Assembly (NCBI GenBank): GCA_043228905.1
Contig: JBHGNT010000003.1
Span: 19,220,001 to 19,284,000, forward strand
Length of the DNA: 64,000 nt
From: Azolla caroliniana
Lineage: Eukaryota; Plantae; Polypodiophyta
Reading direction: 5' to 3'
The notes under the pieces were generated by a model that saw nothing but the letters and a program-made list of their open reading frames with translations, had not been told where the DNA came from and ran no database searches. A program made the position numbers and the translations under genes. Positions 9,232-20,985 of this stretch are shown piece by piece (the first letter of the stretch is position 1; the number at the start of each line of letters is the position of its first letter).

Positions 9232-12200
9232 TTTGTAGCAAGGTCAGGTGGTTTTAATGCTACCTTGTAAGAGCCATACTCGATCGCCTACTTGAAACAT
9301 AGTCGACGAATCACGCCGATGACGGTCAAAAATCTTCTTGTGAGTGGTTTGAGCATCACATAAATGGTGCAAAAGTATATCTTGAACTTCTTGGAGTCAG
9401 GTGAGCCGATCTTTAGCAGCTGGGTTTATCGAAAGTTCGGGAAGTTCAAGCATTGTCCAATGAGGATGGTACCTAATGTTCACAAAAAATGAGGAATATC
9501 TAGTAGAAGAATGTTCAGAGTTGATGTAAGCAAATTCCACCAAATGTAATAGATCAACCCAATCATCTTGTTGATAGTTTACAAAACAACGAAGATATTG
9601 TTCAACTATTTGGTTGGTGCGCTCACTTTGCCCATTAGGCTCTGGATGGTAGCCGGAAGAGAGTTTACAAGAAGTATGTAAGAGTTTGAACATGTGGCAC
9701 CAACATTTTGAGATGAATTGGGGACCCCACACTGATAATATCATTTGGAAGACCGTGATGGCAAAACACCTCCCGCATGAGTAAATCAGATGTCTCTTGG
9801 CTAGTAATGGTCTTCGTGCATGGAAGAAAATGACCATCTTCGTAAAACGATCTACTACCGTGAGAATAGAATCAAAACCCTTGGAAGGTGGAAGATCGGT
9901 AATAAAGTCCAAGGAAATAGATTTCCATGGGCTCTCAGGAATGGGCATTGGATGTAATAAGCCATATGGATGACGTTGAGGTTTTTTTGATTGGCAACAT
10001 GTATCACCACTATGAACATAATTCGTAACAAAATGGCGAAACTGTGGCTACCAATATCGGCAAGAAATCAACTCAAAAGTCTTGTGGATGCCGAAATGTC
10101 CAGCCATTAGTGTGTCATGAAATTGTTGCATGACTTCCAGTTGAGAAGGACTGTCAAGCACATACAAGAGAGTTTGTCGAAAAAGTAAACCATCATGCCA
10201 ACTGAACTAGGTGTAATCTAGACGAGGATTTGGGAGTTGGAAGCACGATCTGGGATAATATGGTTCAAAATCTCTTGGGCGAATGCATCAGTCGCAATAG
10301 GCTCTTGAATGTATCAAGAAGCCTTCAATCTTCCGGTGTGTTAATAGTATTTATTGCCATTAGTCGTAGACGATCAGGACCTAAGAGGATTTGCTTCTGA
10401 CTTTCAAATGCGGCCTCTCCCGGTTGAAGTTCCATATACGAACGTTGAGATAAAGCATCTGCTTTCTTTGTTGCATCCCAGGGCGATATAGAATTACGAA
10501 ATCAAAACGAGTTAAGAACTGTGCCCAACGAGCTTGTCGACGATTCAATACTCGAGCACTTTGGAAGTATGTTAGATTTTGTGATCATTGTAGAAAATAA
10601 TCTATTGAGAAGAACCCTCCAAAAAATGATGCCATTGTTGAAAAGAATCCACAATGGCAAGAAGCTCTTTGTCGTGAATCTCATAGTTGATTTCTGCGGC
10701 TTCAAATTTCTGTGAGTGAAAAGCCACAGGATGCAGTTCGCCATCATCACTAATCTGGGATAGTACAGTTCCGAGTGCGAAGTCAGATGCATCAGCTTCA
10801 AGTATAAAGTGCCTCATTGGATCGACATGCATTAACATTGGTGCAAATGTAAACACTTGGTTTAAACCCTCAAATGTAAAGTTCACCTCCGTACTCCATA
10901 CAAATGGTCGATTCTTTTGCGTCAATTGAGTGAGGGGCAATACAATCTTTGAAGAACTTGCGATAAAAGTTTGCGAACCCCAAAAAATAGATTGTGGTGT
11001 TTGTCAATCCATAATTGTTTGAACCTTTGATGAATCCATAGAGATGCCATTTGAAGAGACCATGTACCCCAAAAATTCCACTTGACACTTGTCGAAACTA
11101 CACTTCTCCAATTTTGCATAGAGACCATACTCTCGCAACCGCTACAAAACTTGGTGAACGTGTATCTCATGCTCCTCTTGAGTTTTGAGTAGATCAAGAT
11201 ATCATCCAGGTAAACTATGATGAAGATATCGAGGAAGTCTCGAAAAATGTCATTCGCCATATGTTGGAAAACTGCTGGTACATTCGTGAGACCAAATGAC
11301 ATCATTGTATACTCAAAATGACCATAGCGAGTGCGGAAAGTAGTCTTCCATTCATCCCTTGGACAAATTCAAACGAGGTTGTAGGCACCTCGAAGATCTA
11401 ACTTCGTGAAATATTTTGCTCCACTAAGGCGTTCCAAGAGGCTTGAGATCAATGGTAGAGCATTTCGGTTTCAAATAGTCACTTTATTCAGGCCCTGATA
11501 ATCCACGACCATACGAAGCGTTCCATCTTTCGTCTTAACGAAAAAGATGGGTGCATCAGTAGGAGATCTTGAATGTTGGATAAAACCATTTGCTAGGTTC
11601 TCATCGATATATTTTTGAAGAACCTCTAATTCCATGGGCGAAAGGTTATAAATTGGTCCCCATGGAGGCTCTTTTCTTGGCTGCAAATCAATCGGGAAAT
11701 CATATGGTCGATGCTCTGGTAGTCTATTAACCTTCACCTTATCGAACACATCAGAGAATTCTATATACTTCTTTGGTAGTTGGACCCCCAACTCTTGTGA
11801 GCTAGATGAAGGAGTTGTTAAAACCGCGAACACAAACTTGTCTTCTTTCCTTCCATCCTCACGTAACTAATGTATAGAGATTGTTGAAATCGTGTGGGAT
11901 CCCAGATCCTTTGTTGGAGTTTCAAGAGACTCGGACTGTACCATGAACTTTTCAATAGTTCTTTTTCTCCAATTAATAGTTGGGTTATGTAACTCAAACC
12001 AAGGAAGACCAAGAACTAGGGAGTGCTCTGGATTACTAATGATGTTGAATGAGATGACACTTGCAAAATTACCTAGGACTACACGAATTGGTTCAAACTC
12101 TTCGACTACATCACCTGATGCTATAGGGTGACCGTCGATGACTCCTACAGCTACCAGGTTCGAGAGCTTACTCAAGAGGATGTTTTGGCTCAATGCAAAC

Positions 12201-14974
12201 TTGCAATCCATGAAACAAGAATTGGCTCCGGAATCTAGGAGGGCAGAGGCTAGGACTCGATGACCTGTAGATGTGCTAAGCTCGACTTGTGCAGAAAGAA
12301 CTCTAATAACTTGATTTGATGAAATGGAACCACAATTAGGTACTGACTCTACATATCTAGGATGGTTCAACCAAATGGCTCCTATTTTGGCTAGACTTAA
12401 ACACATCCTCTAATTGGCTCAAGACATCAAATTGATTCTCATGGCATGGGCTACACCCCCATCGATATCTTCAGTAAATCGACCATCCACTTGAACTGAA
12501 TGGTCAACGGGTAAGTCGGGTACAACTTGTTGTAGTGACGGACCGCCGAATGCCTTTCGCAACTCTTGCATGTCGACACGAAGTGGTGCACATCCCTTTA
12601 CATCCCCGGCCACTAGTACCTTTCCTTCAACTTCTCGAACGTGGCCCAAGTGCCCCAATGTCCGGACCAAGGGCTCTCTTGAAACTCCGACATCAACACC
12701 GATTGGTCCTTTTTCTACATCACCACTCGGAGTGGTGTGTCGTTCCACTTCTTCGGATGCCGCCATATCTTAGCATCCCTCAAGAAGAACCGGTATGCCT
12801 TCTTCCGGATTCTACTTGCCTCCTCCTTTGTCCCCGACACGCCCGTCATCATCAAACTCAAGAACCATCCAATCTAAAGCCACTCCCTATCGTAGTCATC
12901 CTTGTTGAACTCGTGTAGGGTCGGATTGCTTCGCCCATTCCCCGACAACTGAGCCGACTCAAAGAAGTCCACGCCGACTTTTTCATCTTCTGATAGCATG
13001 TCTTCTTTTCCGTTGTACCTTGCCCTCGATAACATGTTGGCCATGGCGTTGTCCTTTCCGGAGTTGTGTCGTATCTCCGGATTGGGGGACTTGATATATG
13101 TGATCCACCTAAGCATCGCCAGGTCCTGAGACGTGCATCTAGATATCATCCTGAGAATCCGGAGGTAGTCCGTCTCGATTATTACCGCTATCCCGATTAA
13201 GTAGTCTTTGTTGGCCTTTACCGCCGAAACAATACCCCACAGTTCACACTTAACTTGGACGTATCCTCATTGTCACTTGTTCAGTACCTTTGCATAGAAT
13301 TGGATGGCAAATTGTGTTCCAGCTTCATCCTCTTGGTTGATTACCCATTTGATTCCGGTCGAACTTGTGTCGACCGTGACGAAAACCGAAGAGTCCTTCC
13401 CATATACTGCTTTCTGAAGAGCTGGTGCCACTGTCAGCATCCCCTTTAGTCTTCGTACCGTCTCTGAGTGCTACTCTCTCCATTCGAACTTTCGCCCCTT
13501 CTTCAACAATTCATTGAGTGGCTCTGCAATGTGTGGGTAGATAGGGATCCATATGTTGTAGAAAGCACAAGCCCCCAAGAAATGTCGAACCTCGATGGTT
13601 GACTGACATTCCTCCTTCATGGTTGTGATGGACTCAATCTTTGCCGGAGACGACTTCCGACTGTATGAGCCACAGATGCCCGACTACCACAATCTCTGGT
13701 TGCCCGAAAGCCGACTTCTCTCCCGACAAAGTTAGGCATGCTCCTTCCAGTCGGTCCAATATCTTCTCGCAATCAGCGATGTGGTCCAACACGAACTTCT
13801 GGCATCCATCCTCTCCGACCGACTCGTGCTTCACATCCTCCGAACACCCTCGGCTCCTTGAGGTAGGGTACACATCTGAACTAAGCCGAGAGGGGTCCGC
13901 ATCATCGTGATGTCTCTGATTTCGACGACTAGTTGGAACTGGTTGTACCCGGAGTATAAGTTGCCGACTGAGTAGATCGACCTTCCGATGAAGGCCTCCG
14001 CGAACTCATTGATTGTTGGCTAGACCCTTGCATTCCGAATGGTCACCTTATTCACTGGCTATAGGTCCTAAATGAAACGCAATGTGCCGTAACTCTTCTT
14101 TAGCACCGTGAACCACTGATTCGAATATGGGGCACTCGACGGCCCAAGAATCCCCATGTCGACCTTTTCCTTGAGCAACTCCATCAACTTTGGGATGTGA
14201 GCTCTCGACAACGGAATTAGTTTGAGGTTACATAGTACATGCGGTACCATGAAGATTACCATTGGTTCCACAATTGTCGGGTCGACGCACCCAATGTCCC
14301 CCGGAGAGAATGTAAAGGCATTCCCATGCCTTTCGAGCATCCTCTGAAACTAGTCCTCCTTCGCCGACAGTAGAAAGCCACCCCCACTAATATGCAACTT
14401 CCGAAATGTCTCGTCGGTGAACCGGTGCCCTATGTTGGCCAGTTCTCGTAGACTCGGGTTGGTCGTGACCCCTTTCATTCGTTCTTAGTTGTCCTCTGAT
14501 AAGGGTGCCACAATTGGCCTCACCTTCTAGTCCACAATCTTATACTTAGTGTCCACCTGAGTGGTTCGATCTGCCTCGATCATACATCTCGACCGAATTG
14601 ACCTCATACATCTCGACCAAATTGATTGGAATCGTCTGGTCTTCACTTAGATCCCCCAAGACTACCTTGTTGATCTCCTCGAGGGTGTCGTCGAACGAGA
14701 CTGCCTCCACAACGCCAGTGATGTCATCACCGGGGCCCAAGGCTCTGCATGCCTTCAAGCACCCTCCGACCCGTCTTTTCTCTCGGTCACCAATGCCAAT
14801 TATTGTACAACCTCACTTTCCGGTGAGCCAAAACTTCCTACTTAGTGTACAAGTGTGGGGTTTCCGGTGACCGTCTAGACTATCGCAGCCCCACGCCTTG
14901 ATAGCCCTTTCTAAAAATCCTCTTAGCACTCTGTGCCGAGGGAGTCCCGATTTCGCTTGTGGTTCGACCGAACC

Positions 14975-15014
14975 TGTAAACGTAAGTGTTTGCGGAAGCG
15001 TAAAACAGAGAACA

Positions 15015-15065
<51 letters not shown>

Positions 15066-15393
15066 AGAACACAATTTCAAAATTATATCAAGACTGTGTA
15101 TACACACTATGCTAAGTAGCACTATTTATACAAGTCCTCTTGGGACTGACAGAAGTACCATGTACTTCAATGCTCACATGAGCATCTGACACTTACTACG
15201 AGACTATAGCTACCTAGTAGTCTATCCTATACTAGGCTTCCGATTGGACTTCCGGTTACGGATTGCACCCGGCCTCCACTGCTTGCCGGTTCGGTTGCTC
15301 ACCGTCATACCGATCCGTTTCGCCCGATCCGTCTCGCTTATCGGCTCCGGCTTATTCAGCCGATCCGGCTCCGGTTGAGCTTGCCGCTCAACA
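14975..15393 (-). repeat. Copia A 3' LTR, contains (AG)n
   Basis: Matches 26849-27295 with about 5 substitutions outside the microsatellite. Confidence 0.95.
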
Positions 15394-16182
15394 CTCCCCC
15401 TCAAGCTCAACCTGAGGTGGGGTCGTAGTGTCGACCTCTGTGGCAGTCGGTTCTTCCAACCGACTTCTCCTGGCGTCACTCCGCCTTGCTTGCGCTCCTC
15501 GTCTGGTCCGGTCCCGTTTGCCGTGACCCCTTTGGTTCTGCGCGCCTCGACCCTCTCGGTCGACATGTCTGCTCAATAGGCCCATCTCAGCACTCACGTT
15601 GTTGTGACTCCGACGCTTGTCGATCTGTCGGTTCTCCCACGATGGCATCGACTTCCGCTGTGTCCGTGTCCCCTTGGCCTTCAGTCGATCCGACTCATCC
15701 GGATCCATCTGTTGATCCGAGTCAGTTGTCTCCGACTCATTCCAGCTCTTGTCTGAATCGGTACACTCTGATTCGACTTCCGGCTTCAGGCCTCTCACCA
15801 CATCGGACCACTTCTGAGTCTTGGCCTTCTCCATGCTTCCCTCGGCTTCTTCAGCCGGTGAACCGAAATCAAATTCTTCATTCGACTCCGCATCATGGTC
15901 AGTACTGTCGTGATGACCTCCGCACAGCATGCACTTCTCTTCCTGAGTGCACATCTCTTCTTCATAGCCGCTTGCTCCGACCTGTTCGGATGTGTCGACT
16001 TCCTTCGTTGACTCGGCTTCCTTCATCTTCTTGTCTCCTCTTCTTCCGGCTCTCCTCTTACCGACGGGTTCAACAGTTTTTTGGCCTTTGCCCGTTTCGG
16101 TAGAGACTTTGCCCTTGCTTCTCCCCCTCAAGTGCGGCACGTCGAGATGCTGAATAGCAAGCATGTCGGTAAAGTGCTGCAA
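15388..16182 (-). CDS. In-frame C-terminal extension of copia A Pol after RNase H; unknown domain with CxxCxxHH..H
   Basis: Same frame as the RH ORF, separated only by one TAA at 16222-16224 before VADIFTKPL. Open to the LTR (..ELEGEC*). Confidence 0.6.
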   Translation of the reverse strand: MQHFTDMLAIQHLDVPHLRGRSKGKVSTETGKGQKTVEPVGKRRAGRRGDKKMKEAESTKEVDTSEQVGASGYEEEMCTQEEKCMLCGGHHDSTDHDAESNEEFDFGSPAEEAEGSMEKAKTQKWSDVVRGLKPEVESECTDSDKSWNESETTDSDQQMDPDESDRLKAKGTRTQRKSMPSWENRQIDKRRSHNNVSAEMGLLSRHVDREGRGAQNQRGHGKRDRTRRGAQARRSDARRSRLEEPTATEVDTTTPPQVELEGEC

Positions 16183-16221
16183 CTTGTCCGATCTGAGCGG
16201 CTTGGTGAAGATGTCGGCAAC

Positions 16222-17613
16222 TTACCGATCCGTATGAACATATCGTAGGTCAACTTCACCGCTTAGGACCCGCTCACGCACGAAGTGGTAGTGCACCTCG
16301 ATGAGCTTTGTGCGAGCATGGAACACAGGGTTCCTAGCGAGCCGTAGGCTGCTCATGTTATTGCAGTAAATCGGGATCGGGGTCGGTGCCTCGATCCGCA
16401 AGTCTCGCAGCAGTCGCCGAAGCCAGATGGCTTCACAAGTGGCAACGGTAGCGGCCCGGTACTCAGCCTCAGTGCTTGACAAAGCCACTGTGGGCTGCTT
16501 CTTGCTGCTCCACGCAACGGCCATGCTACCTATGGAGAACATGTATCCGGAAGTGGAGCGGCGATCAGACGCATCGCCGGCCCAACCCGCATCTGTGTAA
16601 CCGACAAGCTCTTCGGGTATACCTCGCCGGTATAACAGTCCCCGGTCCTTAGTGCCGCTGACATACCATAATATTCGTTGCGCGCACTGAAGGTGCTCCA
16701 CGGTCGGCTTCTGCATGAACTGACTTACCATGCCGACCGGATAGCTGATGTCGGGTCGGGTGATGGTTAAGTAGATCAGGCTTCCGACAACTTATCGGAA
16801 CCATTTCTCATTGCAGGCCGGTCCGGAGTTGGGACAGATTTTCTGGTTCCGGTCCAGGGGTGTGGAGACAGGTTGGCAATCCGTCATGCCGAACTTATAT
16901 AGCATATTCAACACGTAATGTCGTTGTGAGAGCAATATGCCGTCGGGGGTCCGGATCACTTCGATCCCAAGAAAATAATGAAGGTCCCCCAGGTCCTTCA
17001 TTTCGAATGCGTCCGACAACTGGGACTTGACGCAGTTGATTTCGGGAAGACCCGGTCTGGTGATGACTAAATCATCCACATACAAGAGTATATATACCGG
17101 ACCGTTAGAGCCTTGCCGGATGAACAACGAAGAGTCCGACTTAGAGACAGCAAACCCCAGCTTACGCAACCGGTGCGTGATCTTCGCGTTCCAAGCTCCG
17201 AGGGCTTGCTTCAAGCCGTAAAGCGACTTCTTCAGTCGGCATACCGCCGACTTGTTCATCTCCGATTGAAATCCGGGGGGCTGAGTCATAAAGACTTCTT
17301 CTTCAAGCTCTCCTTGAAGGAAGGCATTCTTCACATCCATCTGGTGAAGATGCCACACCCTTGCCGCAGCAACCGCCAGTACCACACGAACCGTCGTCAT
17401 CTTCGCCATAGGAGCGAAGGTCTCCTCGTAGTCGATTCCGTGGGTCTGCGTGTATCCCTTCGCCACTAACCGGGCTTTGTACCGGTTAACAGAACCGTCG
17501 ACGTTGTACTTGACCTTGTACACCCACTTGCATCCGATCGGTTTACAGTGACGGGGAGGATCAACTAGGTCCCAAGTTTCGTTGGCATCGAGTGCACGCA
17601 TTTCTTCGTCCAT
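16222..17613 (-). pseudogene. Copia A RT and RNase H (isolated stops)
   Basis: YKARLVAKG, LHQMDVKNAFL, LYGLKQA, YVDD; SSTEAEY. Confidence 0.95.
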
Positions 17614-18319
17614 AGCGGCACGCCAATTTGCGTCCTTTGCTGCTTCTGCGTAGCTCTCCGGCTCACACTATCGTGGAGAAAACTGTCCCCTGGCGTAATC
17701 GGTGAATAGCACACAGGAACCGGCCCTTCACGTGTGCTCGCTCTTAATGTATATAATAGAGAATTAGGTACAGAGAGAGATCCGGGGTAGTTAGATTCGG
17801 TAGGTAGGAAGTAAATGAGGGAGACGGCTCCCCTCTTGACGCTATAAAGGAGAGGGAGACGCAGGGAGGAAGGGAGCGCATTAAGGAGGACGAAGTGCTG
17901 TCGGACCGGGACCAAACGCTTCTCCTCTGTCTGTTCTTTGTTGCCCTTCTTTGCAGGTTTCAGGAGGCTCGCGCTGCTTCGAGGAACACCCGTGTGCTTC
18001 CGGCAGCACCTCCATCCTATTCCCATCTCGTGCGTAGACGAACAGGCATCGGCATTTGTCGGCCGGCCTGTTCGGTTGTAGCTGCTTGCGCGTTCTGCTG
18101 TGTACTCGTTATTTGTTAATATACAAACACTTGCTTCTTCCTGTCTCTGTGTCCATTCGCGTCTTCTGTATTGACGGGCCACGCCCCTGTGTTTCTTTGC
18201 TCCTACGTGACCGGGCATCGCTCTGCTTCTCTTCCCCCTTCTATCACCTGCTCTTCGGTTCAAGACCCCGGTGGTCCCACCTTGTTTCTCCACGCACGCG
18301 CGTAACAACGCGACATCTT

Positions 18320-18337
18320 TGGCGAACCCGATGTGAA
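18320..18337 (+). promoter_or_regulatory. Primer-binding site, tRNA-Trp-like
   Basis: TGGCGAACCCGATGTGAA 4 nt after the LTR; 2 mismatches to the complement of the plant tRNA-Trp 3' end as recalled (TGGTGAACCCGACGTGAA). Confidence 0.65.
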
Positions 18338-18359
18338 ACAGGCGGCAGAGGAGCAGAAG

Positions 18360-20486
18360 ATGAGAGGGTTGGATCTTGCAGAGGCCATGGCTTCGGCCGT
18401 GGACCGGATAGTGAGCGCGTGCGAGGGCACCGACGCCCTTGACACGGCTATTGAGGCGATCGTCGGTACGATCGGCCGGTTTAGTGGAAAGGATGCCACG
18501 AGTTATTTGGCATCCTACCGGGCGGAGATGTTGATGAGGGATATCCCGGAAGAGAGGCGTCTTGCCGGATTCCCTCGAGTGGCGATGCCGATCATCCATG
18601 CGGAGGTGCTCGAGATCCGGGCGGAGAGCCAGACCTGGGAAGAGTTCGAAGGACGGCTCCTGGAGAAATATGGGCTGGATGACGCGCTTCGACTTACGAA
18701 GCGAAGCTTCATGGAATGGGTGGAGTCCCCCAACAAAGGAAGAAATGCGTCGGTACTCCTCCGGGAGTTTGAGGAACGCTTTCCGCGCCTTTCAGCGCTC
18801 GATCGGACTGTTTTGGACACAAGTCGTGTCCTACTGTTTGTGAAATCGGTTGACACACGAGATCGGGGGCAAGTTGGCTCCTTACTGGAAACCGAAGACG
18901 GGCTGACGACCGATTGGGCCGCGGTAAAGAGAGTCTGCGGCCGTTTTGACAAACGGTGGGAGTGGGTTGATGCAGAGGCGACCGGGGCGGAACCTGTCGC
19001 AGCAAGGAAGCTCGAACCGATACCACAGGCACGAAGGGAAGAGACCCGGGAGTGGCTCGAAACCGGTTCGCCTTCGACCGGCGTGATCAGAGGCTCGTCC
19101 GGGGGAACAGCTCTGGAGGAGTTGACACGAGCAGTAAAGGATTTCCAGATCGCCCAGGCTCGGAGGGAAGGCGGCGATCAAGCTCCTGACCGACGGCCTC
19201 CGGCAGGAAGTAGGTGCATGTGGTGCGACGAGGTCGGCCACATCCGGAAAGACTGCGGGGACTTTATGGAGGCTTTGAGAAGTCGGGTAGTGTCCCTATG
19301 GGAGGGTCGGGTGCACGCCAGCGATACCCAGAGGGCCCTGCACCGAAACGACGGAAGAGGAGGAATGAAAAGGCTTATGGAAGAGGCGGCAGCCCGGCAC
19401 GCGGAGACTGTCCACTACTCAGCGTTGACCGGTATTCGGGTCGGGGGCAGCGGGGCCCGGAAGGAGAGCAAAGCCGAGTTCTGGACGACGGTGCTGGAAG
19501 GCCTCGCTGGTGCCCGACTGAAGAGGGACGAGGCGGACCGCGTGGAGAAGCGGGTCCAGGAGGTAACCGGGTGGAGTGACACGGTCGAAGAAAAGACGGG
19601 TTTCGTCGAAGCAGCTTGCCAGAACTACGAGGCTCTGGTTGAAGACAAACGGGTGGGTAGAAACGGAGGGACCGGACCCTCACAGAGATACAAAACCCGA
19701 TTCGGGCCGAAACGGAACGAGGTCGGTGAGTCAAGTGCCCGAGATAACCACAAGAAGGGCGGATACCGGTTGGGCATGGAGATCGAAAGGACCACGGACC
19801 TACGAAAGGTCCTCGAAGAACGAATCCTCGACAGCAAGGTGGAACTGTCGTTGCGAGAGATGCTCGGGATAGCCAAGAAGGAGTTCCACGACTCCATTGT
19901 GGACTTGGTGAAGAGGAAGAGGCTGTTGATGGAGGAAGAACCGGAAAGGCCGGTGGAAGTGCGGACGGCACACATAGAGGAAATGGTGCTGGAAGATGAG
20001 TGGGCGGAGAGCCACTATACAAGGCCACACTGGGCCCGAGCAACCACGGAAACCCCGGTGAAAATCGGAGATGTTCAGGAACCGGTGGTGGCACTGGTGG
20101 ACCATGGTTCGGAAATAAACCTGATGTCCATGGACTTCTACAAAAAGGGGAAATGGCCGATCAACACTAAGCACGGGTGGAAGATACGGGCGGCGACGCA
20201 CGCCACCGAGGAACTACACGGGGCCTGCCCAAACATGCGAGTCAAGATCGGTGACGTCGAAATAGACCAACACTTCTTTGTGCAGGAAACGTCCTCGCAC
20301 CCGGTCATTCTAGGGGAACCGTACATTACGGCGGCGCGAATGGAGACCAAGGTGCTGGACAACGGGTCGGCTTACGCGAGGGTCAAGAGCCAGGACGGGC
20401 GTCATTCGGTCCAGTTCCTGACGGTACGACCCAACCACGAGCGAAACCGCGAGTCCCTCGGTGGCAAGAACCGAGAGGATTTTTAG
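18360..20486 (+). CDS. Gag-protease polyprotein
   Basis: First ATG of the 717-aa ORF is at 18360. Zinc knuckle CMWCDEVGHIRKDC; protease ALVDHGSE..VILGEP. Confidence 0.88.
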   Translation: MRGLDLAEAMASAVDRIVSACEGTDALDTAIEAIVGTIGRFSGKDATSYLASYRAEMLMRDIPEERRLAGFPRVAMPIIHAEVLEIRAESQTWEEFEGRLLEKYGLDDALRLTKRSFMEWVESPNKGRNASVLLREFEERFPRLSALDRTVLDTSRVLLFVKSVDTRDRGQVGSLLETEDGLTTDWAAVKRVCGRFDKRWEWVDAEATGAEPVAARKLEPIPQARREETREWLETGSPSTGVIRGSSGGTALEELTRAVKDFQIAQARREGGDQAPDRRPPAGSRCMWCDEVGHIRKDCGDFMEALRSRVVSLWEGRVHASDTQRALHRNDGRGGMKRLMEEAAARHAETVHYSALTGIRVGGSGARKESKAEFWTTVLEGLAGARLKRDEADRVEKRVQEVTGWSDTVEEKTGFVEAACQNYEALVEDKRVGRNGGTGPSQRYKTRFGPKRNEVGESSARDNHKKGGYRLGMEIERTTDLRKVLEERILDSKVELSLREMLGIAKKEFHDSIVDLVKRKRLLMEEEPERPVEVRTAHIEEMVLEDEWAESHYTRPHWARATTETPVKIGDVQEPVVALVDHGSEINLMSMDFYKKGKWPINTKHGWKIRAATHATEELHGACPNMRVKIGDVEIDQHFFVQETSSHPVILGEPYITAARMETKVLDNGSAYARVKSQDGRHSVQFLTVRPNHERNRESLGGKNREDF

Positions 20487-20520
20487 AGAGGGCTGCCAAG
20501 GCGTGGGGCCGCGACAGTCC
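20477..20520 (+). promoter_or_regulatory. Putative -1 ribosomal frameshift signal (G GAU UUU plus stem-loop)
   Basis: In-frame heptamer immediately before the gag-PR stop, 6-nt spacer, stem GGGCTGCC/GACAGTCC, open -1 frame. Conserved at 14920-14877 on the minus strand. Confidence 0.72.
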
Positions 20521-20985
20521 GGACACTTCAGGAAAACCCCACAAATGTACGATAAAATCGAAACCAAAGAATCCTTGTACCATAAGTAGGAAGTTTTGTT
20601 TCTCCGACAACGGAGGGTGTACGATAGTCGGCGTCATAGGCCGAGAAAAGACAAGGGCGGAAGAGCGACTTCAGGCGTGCGGAGTTCTCGGGCCCAGCGA
20701 GGAAATCAACGGAGCCGTGGAGGCGGTCTCCTTTGACGACACCTTGGGAATACTGCGAGAGGCGGTCGGAGAGGGCCTTAAAGAGGACCGGACGATACCG
20801 GTTTGTTCGGAAGAGATGTATGAAGTCATCGCGGACTTCAGTCGAGGGCTCGAGTCGGATCGGATGGCCCGGGTTAATACAAAGTACAAGACTGTGAACC
20901 GGAAGGTAAGGCCAGTCGCGGCACCCTTACCGGAGGGCAGCGAGTTGCGAATCGAGGGGGTCATGTCGGACCCCAGATTCGGAGA

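Larger units (their letters stand above)
8449..12455 (-). mobile_element. Degenerate Ty3/gypsy chromovirus (Tcn1-like), copy a; 3' LTR present, 5' end lost
   Basis: PR LLDSGA (11867-12406), RT YLDD (10922-11833), RH EADASD (10602-10940), IN (9397-9948), chromodomain (8806-9231), PPT GAAGAGGGGGGATAA then an LTR starting TGTCATGA. Confidence 0.9.

Noticed and set aside
12440-12460. Shared breakpoint (gggctac) in Tcn1 copies a and b as a recombination hotspot
   Set aside because: Copy b may continue with genuine element sequence past this point; only copy a is demonstrably broken here.
17565-18599. 344-aa antisense ORF spanning the gypsy 5' LTR
   Set aside because: It crosses element junctions and is broken by stops in the other LTR; consistent with a GC-rich chance ORF.
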